Positions 1-9,219 of a stretch of 64,000 nucleotides of DNA are shown here, piece after piece. Made by a program: the position numbers and the translations under genes. The first letter of the stretch is position 1, and every line of letters begins with the position of its first letter. The notes beneath the pieces were generated by a model, which had not been told where the DNA came from, did no database searches, and saw nothing but the letters and a program-made list of their open reading frames with translations. Source of the DNA: Alphaproteobacteria bacterium (GTDB taxonomy: Bacteria; Pseudomonadota; Alphaproteobacteria; UBA8366); NCBI GenBank assembly GCA_965228975.1, contig OZ245851.1, forward strand, positions 5,273,007 to 5,337,006, in the 5' to 3' direction.

Positions 1-221
1 TCCCCTTCCGGCTGTCCGGGACGGCCGCGAAGGGTCAACAGGTCGGCGTCCCGATCGGCCGGCAGCGCTGAACCGGTGGGATAAAACGGGCCCTCGGTCT
101 GGTGGGGTGTGGCGACCGGCCGGGCGGCCCGGATCGCGGTGCTCGGCAATAAGAGTGTGCCGGCGGCGCCGCCGAGTATCCAACGGCGGCTGACCGGGTG
201 GCGTAGGGGACGATGCGTCAT
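1..221 (-). CDS. Intradiol ring-cleavage dioxygenase-fold protein with Tat signal (N-terminal part only; continues past window start)
   Basis: My reverse translation from the ATG at 221 gives MTHRPLRHPVSRRWILGGAAGTLLLPSTAIRAARPVATPHQTEGPFYPTGS. This has a twin-arginine signal (RRWILGGAAG) followed by the TPxQTEGPFYP motif typical of Dioxygenase_C family proteins. It is not in the ORF track because it runs off the window edge. Confidence 0.55.
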   Translation of the reverse strand, partial: MTHRPLRHPVSRRWILGGAAGTLLLPSTAIRAARPVATPHQTEGPFYPTGSALPADRDADLLTLRGRPGQPEG

Positions 222-352
222 CCGACTTTCCTTTTGACAGGACATACGTAGGTTTCATAAGGATCGGGTGCTTGGACGCCCGCTTCAAGAACCAACAATC
301 CGGGCTGCGCACACAAGCGTGTGAAGGCATGCCGGGACCAAGGAGATAAAAG

Positions 353-2032
353 ATGTCGGAATCCGCGACTGCGGTAGACGAAACGCTGCCGTTGGATAAC
401 GTGCTCCCGTTGTGCCACGAGGCGCTGGCCGCCGCGGATTCGCTGCTGGGCCGCGCGCAGCGGGCGATGACGGGACGCGTCGCGCCCGACGGCCGGGTCG
501 ACGGCGCGCTGTTGGAGCAGGACCAGTTCGTCGCCCATGGCTACGCCTGGCTATCGACCTATGTCGAGGCGCTGCGTCAGATGCTCGACTGGGCGTTGCG
601 AACCGAAAAGGCCGGCAAGTTCGGCGAGCGCGAGGCGCTGATGCTGCAGGCCGCCTTCGGCGAGTATGCCCGGCAGATCATCGGCGGTATCTCCATGAGC
701 CAGGGCGAGGTGTTCCGGCTTGTCGATCTCAACGTGCCCGCCGACGCGGTTGCGTCCTTCCTGACCAACGCGGTCGGGCGATTGGCGCAATCCGGCAATA
801 CGCCGGCGGTGCGGCACCGGCTCTGCCAATTGATCGCCGAGGAAGGTTTCGCCGACCCCTGTCTCGACGACGAAACGCTGGGACTGATGCAGGATCAGTT
901 CAGGCGTTTCGCCGACGAGAAGATCGCGCCGGATTGCCATGAATGGCATGTCCAGGACGAATTGATCCCGTTGCCGTTGGTCGAGGAATTGTCCGGACTC
1001 GGCGTGTTCGGCCTGACCGTGCCCGAGGAATACGGCGGGCTCGGTCTCGGCAAGATGGCGATGTGCGTGGTGACCGAGGAGTTGAGCCGCGGATATATCG
1101 GCGTCGGGTCGCTCGGCACCCGGTCGGAAATCGCCGCCGAACTGATCCGCCTCGGCGGGACCGAAGCGCAGAAACAAAAATGGCTGCCGCGTATCGCGTC
1201 GGGCGAGATCTTGCCGACGGCGGTGTTCACCGAGCCGAACACCGGGTCGGATCTCGGCAGCTTGCGGACCCGGGCCGAGCGCGACGGCGACGTCTATCGC
1301 ATCCACGGCAACAAGACGTGGATCACCCATGGCGCGCGCAGCGACCTAATGACCCTGCTCGCGCGCAGCAATCAGGACGAGCCGGGTTATCGCGGCCTGT
1401 CGATGTTCCTGGCCGAGAAACCGCGCGGCACCGATGCCGATCCATTCCCGGCCGACGGTATGTCCGGCGGCGAAATCCGCGTCCTTGGTTATCGCGGCAT
1501 GAAGGAATACGAGATCGGCTTCGACGGGTTCGAGGTCGCGGCGGAGAACCTGCTGGGCGAGGCCGAGGGCGACGGGTTCAAGCAGCTCATGGCGACATTC
1601 GAATCCGCGCGTATCCAGACCGCCGCCCGCGCGGTCGGGGTCGCGCAGAACGCGCTCGAATTGGCGCTGACCTACGCCAAGGAGCGCATTCAGTTCCGCA
1701 AGCCGCTCGCCGAGTTCCCGCGGATTTCAGGCAAGATCGCCTGGATGGCGGTGGAAACGATGATCTCGCGCCAGCTCAGCTATTTCGCCGCGCGGCAGAA
1801 GGACTCGGACCGGCGCTGCGACGTTGAGGCGGGGATGGCCAAGCTGCTCGCCGCCCGCACCGCCTGGTCGAATGCCGACAACGCGGTGCAGATTCACGGC
1901 GGCAACGGCTATGCCGAGGAATACCCGATTTCCCGCGTCCTCTGCGATGCTCGGATTCTGAATATCTTCGAAGGCACGGCGGAGATTCAGGCGAACGTCA
2001 TCGTCCGGGGATTGCTGGGCAACCGGAACTAG
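353..2032 (+). CDS. Acyl-CoA dehydrogenase with ~170-aa N-terminal extension
   Basis: 559-aa ORF. The C-terminal ~380 aa show ACAD hallmarks (TEPNTGSDLGSLRTRAE, GNKTWITHG, IFEGTAEIQ). ETF genes lie 2.5 kb downstream. Confidence 0.9.
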   Translation: MSESATAVDETLPLDNVLPLCHEALAAADSLLGRAQRAMTGRVAPDGRVDGALLEQDQFVAHGYAWLSTYVEALRQMLDWALRTEKAGKFGEREALMLQAAFGEYARQIIGGISMSQGEVFRLVDLNVPADAVASFLTNAVGRLAQSGNTPAVRHRLCQLIAEEGFADPCLDDETLGLMQDQFRRFADEKIAPDCHEWHVQDELIPLPLVEELSGLGVFGLTVPEEYGGLGLGKMAMCVVTEELSRGYIGVGSLGTRSEIAAELIRLGGTEAQKQKWLPRIASGEILPTAVFTEPNTGSDLGSLRTRAERDGDVYRIHGNKTWITHGARSDLMTLLARSNQDEPGYRGLSMFLAEKPRGTDADPFPADGMSGGEIRVLGYRGMKEYEIGFDGFEVAAENLLGEAEGDGFKQLMATFESARIQTAARAVGVAQNALELALTYAKERIQFRKPLAEFPRISGKIAWMAVETMISRQLSYFAARQKDSDRRCDVEAGMAKLLAARTAWSNADNAVQIHGGNGYAEEYPISRVLCDARILNIFEGTAEIQANVIVRGLLGNRN

Positions 2033-2043
2033 GACGCAGAAGC

Positions 2044-2679
2044 ATGGAATTTCTGAACGGCGATTTGTTCGCCGCCTATCTCGTCGCGACCGTCGCGTTG
2101 ATCCTCATGCCCGGCCCGATCGTGACCCTGGTCGTCGCCAACAGCTTGGGCCATGGGCCGCGCACCGGCCTTGCCACCGTCTCGGGGTCGAGCTTCGGCA
2201 ACGCGCTGCTGGTAGTCGCGGGGGCGCTGGGCCTCTCGACCATGCTGACCTTGGTCGCGGATATCTTCGAGTGGGTGCGCTGGGCCGGCGTCGCGTATCT
2301 GGTCTATCTCGGCGTGCGGCATTGGCGCGCCGCGCTGCAATCGGCCGCGGACCCGCAATCCCTGCCGGCACCGCGGGCCCGCGGCGTCTTCCTGCAAGGG
2401 CTGATCGTCGCCATCACCAATCCCAAGACGATCTTGTTCTATATCGCCTTCTTCCCGCAGTTCCTGGATACGGCTCTGCCGGTCGGCCCCCAGCTCGTCA
2501 CGATGAGCGTCGCCTTCGTGGTCGTCGCCGTCGTCATCGACAGCGGCTACGCACTGCTGGCGGGGCGGTTGCGCGGGCGCTTGTTGGACGCGCGCCGGAC
2601 GCGGTTCCGCAACGGCATCACCGGCACGTTGCTGATCGGGACCGGCCTGGGCCTGGCGTTGGCGCGGCGTAACCCGTAA
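2044..2679 (+). CDS. LysE/RhtB family amino-acid exporter
   Basis: 211-aa polytopic membrane ORF with N-terminal LMPGP and mid-protein NPKTILFY motifs typical of the LysE family. Confidence 0.8.
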   Translation: MEFLNGDLFAAYLVATVALILMPGPIVTLVVANSLGHGPRTGLATVSGSSFGNALLVVAGALGLSTMLTLVADIFEWVRWAGVAYLVYLGVRHWRAALQSAADPQSLPAPRARGVFLQGLIVAITNPKTILFYIAFFPQFLDTALPVGPQLVTMSVAFVVVAVVIDSGYALLAGRLRGRLLDARRTRFRNGITGTLLIGTGLGLALARRNP

Positions 2680-2743
2680 CGGCGATTTCCTTGCAGCGCG
2701 TTGACCCTGTGCAGCGGCGGCAAAAGGCTCTATATCCATATCC

Positions 2744-2944
2744 ATGACCGGATTCATCGTAGTTCTTCTGGTGGTCGCCATGATCGCCACGCTCGGCGTG
2801 CTGATGGTCGGCGTGTTCGGCATGGCGCGCGGCGGTGAGTTCAATCGCCGCTATTCGAACAAGCTGATGCGCGCCCGGATCATCTGCCAGGCGGTGGCGC
2901 TATTGCTGTTCGCCATCCTGATGGTCGTGCTGGGCAAGACCTGA
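2744..2944 (+). CDS. Twin transmembrane-helix small protein (HIG1-domain family)
   Basis: 66 aa with two hydrophobic helices separated by GMARGGEFNRRYSNKLMRARI. This is the usual alphaproteobacterial neighbour of the adenosyltransferase gene. Confidence 0.7.
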   Translation: MTGFIVVLLVVAMIATLGVLMVGVFGMARGGEFNRRYSNKLMRARIICQAVALLLFAILMVVLGKT

Positions 2945-3531
2945 TGGTCCAGCTTACGCGGATCTATACGGGCGGCGGCGACACGGGCGAGACTTCGCTA
3001 GGGGATGGCAGCCGGGTTGCGAAACACGATCTGCGCGTGGCCGCCTACGGCACGGTCGACGAAGCGAATGCCGTGCTCGGGATCACGCGCGCGGAAATCG
3101 CGCGGGCCGACCCCTCCGACGCATTGCGGCGCACGGACGCCATCCTGTCGCGGGTGCAGAACGACCTGTTCGACGTGGGTGCCGACCTCTGTACGCCCGA
3201 AGAGGGCCGCAAGGGCGAGGGCGCCTTGCGGATCACCGCCGAGCAGGCGGCGCGATTGGAAACCGAAATCGACACGATCAACGAAGGGCTCGACGCCCTG
3301 ACCAGCTTCATCCTGCCGGGCGGCACGATCGTGGCGGCGCATCTGCATCACGCCCGCACGGTGGCACGTCGGGCGGAACGCCTGGTGACCAAATTGAGCG
3401 CCGCCGAGAGCGTCAACCCGGCGGCGATCGTCTACCTGAACCGGCTGTCGGACCTGCTCTTCGTCATGGCGCGGGACGCCAACAACGGCGGTGCGGACGA
3501 TGTCCTCTGGGTGCCGGGCGCGAACCGCTAA
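2944..3531 (+). CDS. PduO-type ATP:cob(I)alamin adenosyltransferase
   Basis: N-terminus IYTGGGDTGETSL followed by AYGTVDEANAVLG is the canonical PduO/MMAB signature. The start overlaps the stop of the preceding gene by 1 nt. Confidence 0.9.
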   Translation: MVQLTRIYTGGGDTGETSLGDGSRVAKHDLRVAAYGTVDEANAVLGITRAEIARADPSDALRRTDAILSRVQNDLFDVGADLCTPEEGRKGEGALRITAEQAARLETEIDTINEGLDALTSFILPGGTIVAAHLHHARTVARRAERLVTKLSAAESVNPAAIVYLNRLSDLLFVMARDANNGGADDVLWVPGANR

Positions 3532-3546
3532 GCCCGTGATCCCGCG

Positions 3547-4356
3547 GTGATCCTCGAACTTCTCGAATATCTCACCACGTCCTGCCCGAAATATGCGCGC
3601 AAGTTGGGTTATCTGAAGGAAGCGATTGCCATCGGCGCGCGGCAAAAACGCCTGGCGGGCGCCTGGACGCCGCATTTGGAGCAATCACGAGCGGTCATCC
3701 GCGCGGCCATCGACCGGTGTCCGCGGCGCAATTCGGCCCTGATTCTGGGCTCCGGGCTCTTGCTCGACATTCCCCTGGCCGATCTGTCGCGGCAGTTCGA
3801 GCATGTGGTGCTGGTCGACGTGGTTCACCTGCGCGCCGCTCGGCGGAAGGCCGCCGAGTACGCCAATGTGACCCTGCTGGAAGAAGACGTGACCGGCATG
3901 GCGGCCGACTTCGATTTCCGGGTGTCGTCCGGCTGGCAGGGCGATCCGGTGCCGGAACCGGCAGCGTTTCTGGACCGGCCCGAGGTCGATCTCGTCGTTT
4001 CGGCGAATCTGCTGGGGCAACTGTCGATCTTCCCCGCTGCTGCACTGCAGCGCCGGACCCGGTTGGACGGCGATCCGCTCGAGGACTTCTGCCGCGCGGT
4101 GATCGAGGCCCATCTGGCCTATCTGCGGCGGTTCGACGCGGTGGTCTGCCTTATTACCGAGATAGAGCGCGCGGCCCTCGATAAGGACGGCACGGTGGTA
4201 CAGCGTCATGATGCGCTCTACGGGGCGGAATTGCCCGACGGGGGAACCCAGTGGGATTGGGATCTGGCGCCGCTGGGAGAGGTCAGCAGGACCCTTGCCC
4301 TGCGGAACCGGGTGGTCGGTTTCGAGGACATCGGCGCACGGCGGACCCCGGTTTGA
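3547..4356 (+). CDS. Hypothetical protein with degenerate class I methyltransferase-like (Rossmann) pattern
   Basis: 269-aa ORF with a GTG start. It has motif-I-like ALILGSGLLLDIP, an acidic beta2 end (VVLVDVVH) and motif-II-like DLVVSANLLGQL. I recognise no named family. Confidence 0.5.
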   Translation: MILELLEYLTTSCPKYARKLGYLKEAIAIGARQKRLAGAWTPHLEQSRAVIRAAIDRCPRRNSALILGSGLLLDIPLADLSRQFEHVVLVDVVHLRAARRKAAEYANVTLLEEDVTGMAADFDFRVSSGWQGDPVPEPAAFLDRPEVDLVVSANLLGQLSIFPAAALQRRTRLDGDPLEDFCRAVIEAHLAYLRRFDAVVCLITEIERAALDKDGTVVQRHDALYGAELPDGGTQWDWDLAPLGEVSRTLALRNRVVGFEDIGARRTPV

Positions 4357-4504
4357 CCTGAGGGACGCTTACGCCTATGTTTCCGCGCGAAAGCGAGCCT
4401 TTGTGCACTGCGATGTTGCACTGCAGCGTACCGGGGCCGCACTCAGGTCAATCTAAATCCAGGTTCAATCCAGTTCCAAAAAGCCTAGGGGAGAAGTGAG
4501 CGCG

Positions 4505-5260
4505 ATGAAGGTTCTCGTCCCCGTCAAACGCGTTATCGACTACAACGTGAAAATCCGTGTCAAGGCGGACCAGACCGGCGTGGAAACCGCCAACGTTAAG
4601 ATGTCGATGAACCCGTTCGACGAAATTTCCGTCGAGGAAGCCGTCCGTATGAAGGAAGCGGGCACCGCAAGCGAAGTGATCGCCGTATCGATCGGGTCGC
4701 AACAGTCCCAGGAGACGATCCGCACGGCCCTGGCCATGGGCGCCGACCGTGGCATCCTGGTGCAGACCGACGAAGAGGTCGAACCGCTGGCGGTCGCCAA
4801 AATCCTCAAGGTTCTGGTCGAACGCGAAAGCCCCGATCTGGTGATCGCGGGCAAGCAGGCGATCGACGACGACTCGAACCAAACCGGTCAGATGCTGGCC
4901 GCCCTGCTGGGGTGGAGCCAGGCGACCTTCGCGTCCGAGATCGAACTCGGCGACGGCGGCGCGCAGGTCACGCGCGAAATCGACGGCGGGCTGGAAACCA
5001 TCAAGATTTCGCTGCCGGCGGTCGTCACCGTCGATCTGCGCCTCAACGAGCCGCGCTACGCCTCGTTGCCGAACATCATGAAGGCGAAGAAGAAGCCGAT
5101 CGACACGTTGACCCCGGACGAGGTGGGCGTCGATGTCAGCCCCCGGCTGGCGACGCTCAAGGTCGTCGACCCGCCGAAGCGCGAAGCGGGCGTGAAGGTC
5201 GAGACGGTCGCCGAACTGGTCGATAAATTGAAGAACGAAGCGAAGGTGATCGGAACATGA
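4505..5260 (+). CDS. etfB: Electron transfer flavoprotein beta subunit
   Basis: [20 protein letters not shown] is the classic EtfB N-terminus. The ATG at 4505 is preceded by GGGGAGAAG. The track ORF starts 9 nt earlier at a GTG. Confidence 0.9.
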   Translation: MKVLVPVKRVIDYNVKIRVKADQTGVETANVKMSMNPFDEISVEEAVRMKEAGTASEVIAVSIGSQQSQETIRTALAMGADRGILVQTDEEVEPLAVAKILKVLVERESPDLVIAGKQAIDDDSNQTGQMLAALLGWSQATFASEIELGDGGAQVTREIDGGLETIKISLPAVVTVDLRLNEPRYASLPNIMKAKKKPIDTLTPDEVGVDVSPRLATLKVVDPPKREAGVKVETVAELVDKLKNEAKVIGT

Positions 5261-6198
5261 CGAGTCTGGTCGTTGCCGAACACGATAATTCGGAACTGAA
5301 GGGCGCGACGCTCAACACCGTCGCCGCCGCCAAAGCCATCTCCGGCGATGTCCATGTACTGGTCGCGGGCGAGAATTGCGACGGCGTTGCCGAGGCCGCA
5401 TCCAAGGTCGACGGCGTCGCCAAGGTGCTGGTCGCGCAAGGCGGCGAATACGCCAACGCGATCGCCGAAAACCTGGCCCCCCTGATCGTCAAGCTCGCGG
5501 GCGACTATTCCCATGTGCTGGCGCCGGCGGATACCTTCGGCAAGAACCTGATGCCGCGCGTCGCGGCCATGCTCGACGTGCAGCAGATTTCCGACATCAC
5601 CGCCGTGGAGTCCGACGATACTTTCGAACGGCCGATTTACGCGGGCAACGCCATCGCGACGGTCCAGTCGTCGGACGCGGTCAAGGTCATCACCGTGCGG
5701 ACCACAGGGTTCGACGCCGTGGCGGCCGAGGGCGGTTCGGGCGCGGTCGAGACGGTCGACGCGGCCGGCGACGCGGGTCTTACCAGCTATGTCGGATCCG
5801 AAATCTCCAAATCCGAGCGTCCCGAATTGACGGCGGCGCGGGTGGTGATTTCCGGTGGGCGCGGCATGCAGAACGGCGAGAATTTCGCCATGCTCGAAAA
5901 GGTCGCCGACAAGATCGGCGCCGCGGTCGGGGCATCGCGCGCGGCGGTCGACGCCGGCTTCGTGCCGAACGACTACCAAGTTGGCCAAACCGGCAAGATC
6001 GTAGCGCCGGAACTATATATCGCGGTCGGCATTTCGGGTGCTATCCAGCATCTGGCCGGCATGAAGGACAGCAAAGTCATCGTCGCGATAAACAAGGATG
6101 AGGAAGCGCCCATCTTCCAGGTCGCGGATTACGGTATCGTGGGGGACCTCTTCACGATCGTGCCCGAGCTGGAGGAGGAACTCGATAAAGTGCTGTAG
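5257..6198 (+). CDS. etfA: Electron transfer flavoprotein alpha subunit
   Basis: The C-terminal FAD-binding region ([59 protein letters not shown]) is present. ATGA overlap with etfB. Confidence 0.9.
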   Translation: MTSLVVAEHDNSELKGATLNTVAAAKAISGDVHVLVAGENCDGVAEAASKVDGVAKVLVAQGGEYANAIAENLAPLIVKLAGDYSHVLAPADTFGKNLMPRVAAMLDVQQISDITAVESDDTFERPIYAGNAIATVQSSDAVKVITVRTTGFDAVAAEGGSGAVETVDAAGDAGLTSYVGSEISKSERPELTAARVVISGGRGMQNGENFAMLEKVADKIGAAVGASRAAVDAGFVPNDYQVGQTGKIVAPELYIAVGISGAIQHLAGMKDSKVIVAINKDEEAPIFQVADYGIVGDLFTIVPELEEELDKVL

Positions 6199-6233
6199 GC
6201 GGCTCGCCGTCAAAGCACGTTGGGAGTAGGGCT

Positions 6234-7106
6234 ATGATTAAGACCATCGGCGTCATCGGCGCCGGGCAGATGGGCAATGGCATTGCCCATGTCTGCGCCG
6301 CATCCGGATTCGACGTGAAGCTCGTCGACCTGTCGCAGGACCAGCTCGACGCGGCGCTCGCGACCATCAACAAGAACATGGACCGCCAGGTCAAACGCTC
6401 GCTGTTGAGCGAGGACGACAAGGCGGTGGCGCTGGGCCGGATCGAGACCGGTATCGACTATGCGTTGTTCGGCGGCTGCGACTTCGTTATCGAGGCGGCG
6501 ACCGAGAACGAAGAGATCAAGCGCAAGGTGTTCGAGCAGCTTATCCCGCATCTCAAGGCGGATGCCCTGCTGGCCAGCAACACGTCCTCGATCTCGATCA
6601 CGCGCCTCGCCGCGTCGACCGACCGGCCGGAACGCTTCATCGGCATGCATTTCATGCTGCCGGTGCCGGTGATGAAGCTGGTCGAGCTGATCCGCGGGCT
6701 GGCGACCGACGAGGAGACTTTCCAGGCGATCAAGACGCTGGCCGAGACCCTGGGCAAGGATGTGGCGGTGGCCGAGGACTTCCCGGCCTTCATCGTCAAC
6801 CGAATCCTGCTGCCGATGATCAACGAAGCGGTCTACACGTTGTACGAAGGCGTCGGCGGCGTCGAGGCGATCGACAAGGCGATGCGCCTCGGCGCGAACC
6901 ATCCCATGGGGCCGCTCGAACTGGCCGACTTCATCGGCCTCGACACCTGCCTGTCGATCATGCAGGTGTTATATGACGGGTTGGCGGATTCGAAATACCG
7001 GCCCTGCCCATTGCTGGTGAAATATGTCGAGGCGGGCTGGCTCGGCCGCAAGGCGGGCCGCGGCTTCTACGACTACGGCGGGGAAACGCCGGTCCCGACG
7101 CGCTAG
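6234..7106 (+). CDS. hbd: 3-hydroxybutyryl-CoA dehydrogenase
   Basis: IGVIGAGQMGNGIA NAD-binding fold, 290 aa, C-terminal GRKAGRGFYDY. etfBA-hbd synteny. Confidence 0.85.
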   Translation: MIKTIGVIGAGQMGNGIAHVCAASGFDVKLVDLSQDQLDAALATINKNMDRQVKRSLLSEDDKAVALGRIETGIDYALFGGCDFVIEAATENEEIKRKVFEQLIPHLKADALLASNTSSISITRLAASTDRPERFIGMHFMLPVPVMKLVELIRGLATDEETFQAIKTLAETLGKDVAVAEDFPAFIVNRILLPMINEAVYTLYEGVGGVEAIDKAMRLGANHPMGPLELADFIGLDTCLSIMQVLYDGLADSKYRPCPLLVKYVEAGWLGRKAGRGFYDYGGETPVPTR

Positions 7107-7666
7107 CCGCCCTCTTTCAGGTAATACCGGATCAGGGCCTTTGCGTCCTTGTCGTCCCACTCGGCGATGCCGGTGAGCGAGCCGCGGATGTTGCCGCTGC
7201 GGTCGATCAGGAAACTCGCCGGCATGCCCTTCACGCCGAGGGCGCGGGCCAGTTCCATGCGTTTGTCGGTATAAAGGCCGAGCGTATCGAGGCCGAGTTT
7301 CTTTCGCAGGAAGGGCTCGGCCGTCTTCACGCCGCCCCGGTCGATGCTGACCGCGACGACGGCGAAGTCCTTGCCGCCCATATCGGCCTGCAGCCGGTCG
7401 AGCGAGGGCAGTTCGCGGACGCACGGCGCGCACCAGGTCGCCCAGAAATTCACCAGGATGACGCGGCCCTTGAAGTCGGCCAGCGATTGCGGCTTTTCCG
7501 CGCCGTCGAAGAAGCCGGTTTCCGGCACTGGTTTGGGCGTATCGTTGGGAGTAAATTGCTCCATCCAGCCGTTGAGCGGCGGTCCGGCGAGCGCCGGGCC
7601 GGACGCCACCGCGGCGAACAGAATGATGGCCAAGAGAAGTTTTGATATGAATTCAAAGGGTTTCAT
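7103..7666 (-). CDS. tlpA: TlpA-like periplasmic thiol:disulfide oxidoreductase
   Basis: Only the last 187 codons of the 615-aa track ORF look real. They encode a signal/anchor ([27 protein letters not shown]) plus a thioredoxin fold with a WATWCAPC active site. An alternative start lies at 7681. Confidence 0.8.
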   Translation of the reverse strand: MKPFEFISKLLLAIILFAAVASGPALAGPPLNGWMEQFTPNDTPKPVPETGFFDGAEKPQSLADFKGRVILVNFWATWCAPCVRELPSLDRLQADMGGKDFAVVAVSIDRGGVKTAEPFLRKKLGLDTLGLYTDKRMELARALGVKGMPASFLIDRSGNIRGSLTGIAEWDDKDAKALIRYYLKEGG

Positions 7667-7708
7667 CGCGCCTTCGGTCATGCCGACGATTTTGATCGGT
7701 GGTGCGCC

Positions 7709-9091
7709 ATGAGCAGCAACAGCATGTGGGGCGGGCGCTACGCGTCGGGCCCTTCGGCCATCATGGAACAAATCAACGCCTCCATCGGTTTCGACCGGCG
7801 GCTCTTCGCCCAGGATATCGCGGGGTCCAAGGCGCATTGCCAAATGCTGGCCGATCAGGGCCTGATCAGCGCCGAGGACGGCGCCGCGATTCAGGACGGC
7901 CTCGACCGTATCCTGAAGGAGATCGAGGCCGGTACGTTTGAATTTAAGACGGCGCTGGAAGATATCCACCTGAATATTGAGGCCCGTCTCGCAGAATTGA
8001 TCGGCGATGCCGCCGGCCGGCTGCATACCGCGCGCAGCCGCAACGATCAGGTTGCGACCGACTTCCGGCTCTGGGTGCGCGACGCGATTGACGGGCTGGA
8101 CGAACAGCTCCAGGCGCTGCAGGCGGCCCTGATCGAGAAGGCCGAGGCGCATGCGGATACCGTCATGCCGGGCTTCACCCATCTGCAGCCGGCACAGCCC
8201 GTCACCTTCGGCCATCATCTGCTGGCCTATGTGGCGATGGTCGGGCGCGACCGCGGGCGGCTGCGGGATTGCCGTGCGCGGGTCAACGAAAGCCCGTTGG
8301 GGGCGGCGGCGCTGGCCGGCACGTCCTTCGACATCGACCGGCATGCGACGGCAAAGGCGCTCGGCTTCGACGCGCCGATGGAAAACTCCATGGATGCGGT
8401 GTCGGCGCGCGATTTCACGCTGGAATTCCTGGCGGCCTTGTCGATCTCGGCGGTCCATCTCTCGCGCCTGGCCGAGGAGATCGTTTTGTGGTGCACGCCG
8501 CAATACGGCTTCATCCGGTTGTCGGACGCCTATACCACCGGCTCGTCGATCATGCCGCAGAAGCGCAACCCGGACGCGGCGGAACTGGCGCGCGCCAAGG
8601 CCGGCCGCATCGTCGGCGCGATGACCGGATTGATGATCGTGATGAAGGGTCTGCCGCTGGCCTACGGCAAGGACATGCAGGAAGACAAGGAACCGGCGTT
8701 CGACGCCGCGGAAAGCCTGTCGCTCGCCATCGCCGCGATGGCCGGTATGGTCGGCGACATGGAAGCGGACCCGGACGCGATGGAACGCGCGCTGGTGGAC
8801 GGCTTCCCGACAGCGACCGATCTGGCCGATTGGCTGGTGCGCGTGCTCGACATGCCCTTCCGGCGGGCCCATCACGTGACGGGGCAAATCGTCGCCCTGG
8901 CGGAAAAACAGGGCTGCGGTCTGGCGGATCTGCCGCTTGCGGACATGCAACAGGTGGAATCCGGGATAACCGAGGATATATACTCGGTATTGAGCAATGC
9001 GGCGGCGGTGCAGAGCCGGAAGAGTTTCGGCGGGACCGCACCGGAGCGGGTGCGTGAAGCCGCCAAGGCCGCACGGGAGCGATTCTTGTGA
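7709..9091 (+). CDS. argH: Argininosuccinate lyase
   Basis: Fumarate-lyase signature [16 protein letters not shown]; 460 aa. Confidence 0.95.
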   Translation: MSSNSMWGGRYASGPSAIMEQINASIGFDRRLFAQDIAGSKAHCQMLADQGLISAEDGAAIQDGLDRILKEIEAGTFEFKTALEDIHLNIEARLAELIGDAAGRLHTARSRNDQVATDFRLWVRDAIDGLDEQLQALQAALIEKAEAHADTVMPGFTHLQPAQPVTFGHHLLAYVAMVGRDRGRLRDCRARVNESPLGAAALAGTSFDIDRHATAKALGFDAPMENSMDAVSARDFTLEFLAALSISAVHLSRLAEEIVLWCTPQYGFIRLSDAYTTGSSIMPQKRNPDAAELARAKAGRIVGAMTGLMIVMKGLPLAYGKDMQEDKEPAFDAAESLSLAIAAMAGMVGDMEADPDAMERALVDGFPTATDLADWLVRVLDMPFRRAHHVTGQIVALAEKQGCGLADLPLADMQQVESGITEDIYSVLSNAAAVQSRKSFGGTAPERVREAAKAARERFL

Positions 9092-9219
9092 TGCGACTGA
9101 TTTTAAGGGTGTTTTTCGTCCTGGCGCTGGCCACCGGCATGGCCGCGTGCGGCAAGAAGGGGCCGCCGGAGCCGCCGGGCAAGGGCGAATACCCCCGAAC
9201 CTATCCGGCGCCGCGATGA
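9091..9219 (+). CDS. 42-aa LptM/LppL-like mini-lipoprotein
   Basis: Translation is [42 protein letters not shown]. It has a lipobox (MAAC) followed by GKKGPPEPP, resembling the CGxKGPLxxP motif of small lipoproteins found upstream of lysA/dapF. Its ATG overlaps the argH stop (TGATG) and its stop overlaps the lysA ATG (ATGA). Too short for the ORF track. Confidence 0.6.
   Translation: MRLILRVFFVLALATGMAACGKKGPPEPPGKGEYPRTYPAPR

Noticed and set aside
4455-4480. GGTTCAATCC T-loop-like string suggesting a tRNA
   Set aside because: The flanking bases cannot form a T-stem (CCAGG versus CAGTT), and there is no acceptor or anticodon arm context. No tRNA-like cloverleaf was found anywhere in the window.
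7103-8950. 615-aa minus-strand ORF spanning the tlpA region and all of argH in antisense
   Set aside because: Only the last 187 codons (signal peptide plus WCAPC thioredoxin fold) look like a protein. The upstream 430 codons are Arg/His/Gly-rich antisense translation of argH, which carries an unmistakable fumarate-lyase signature on the plus strand.
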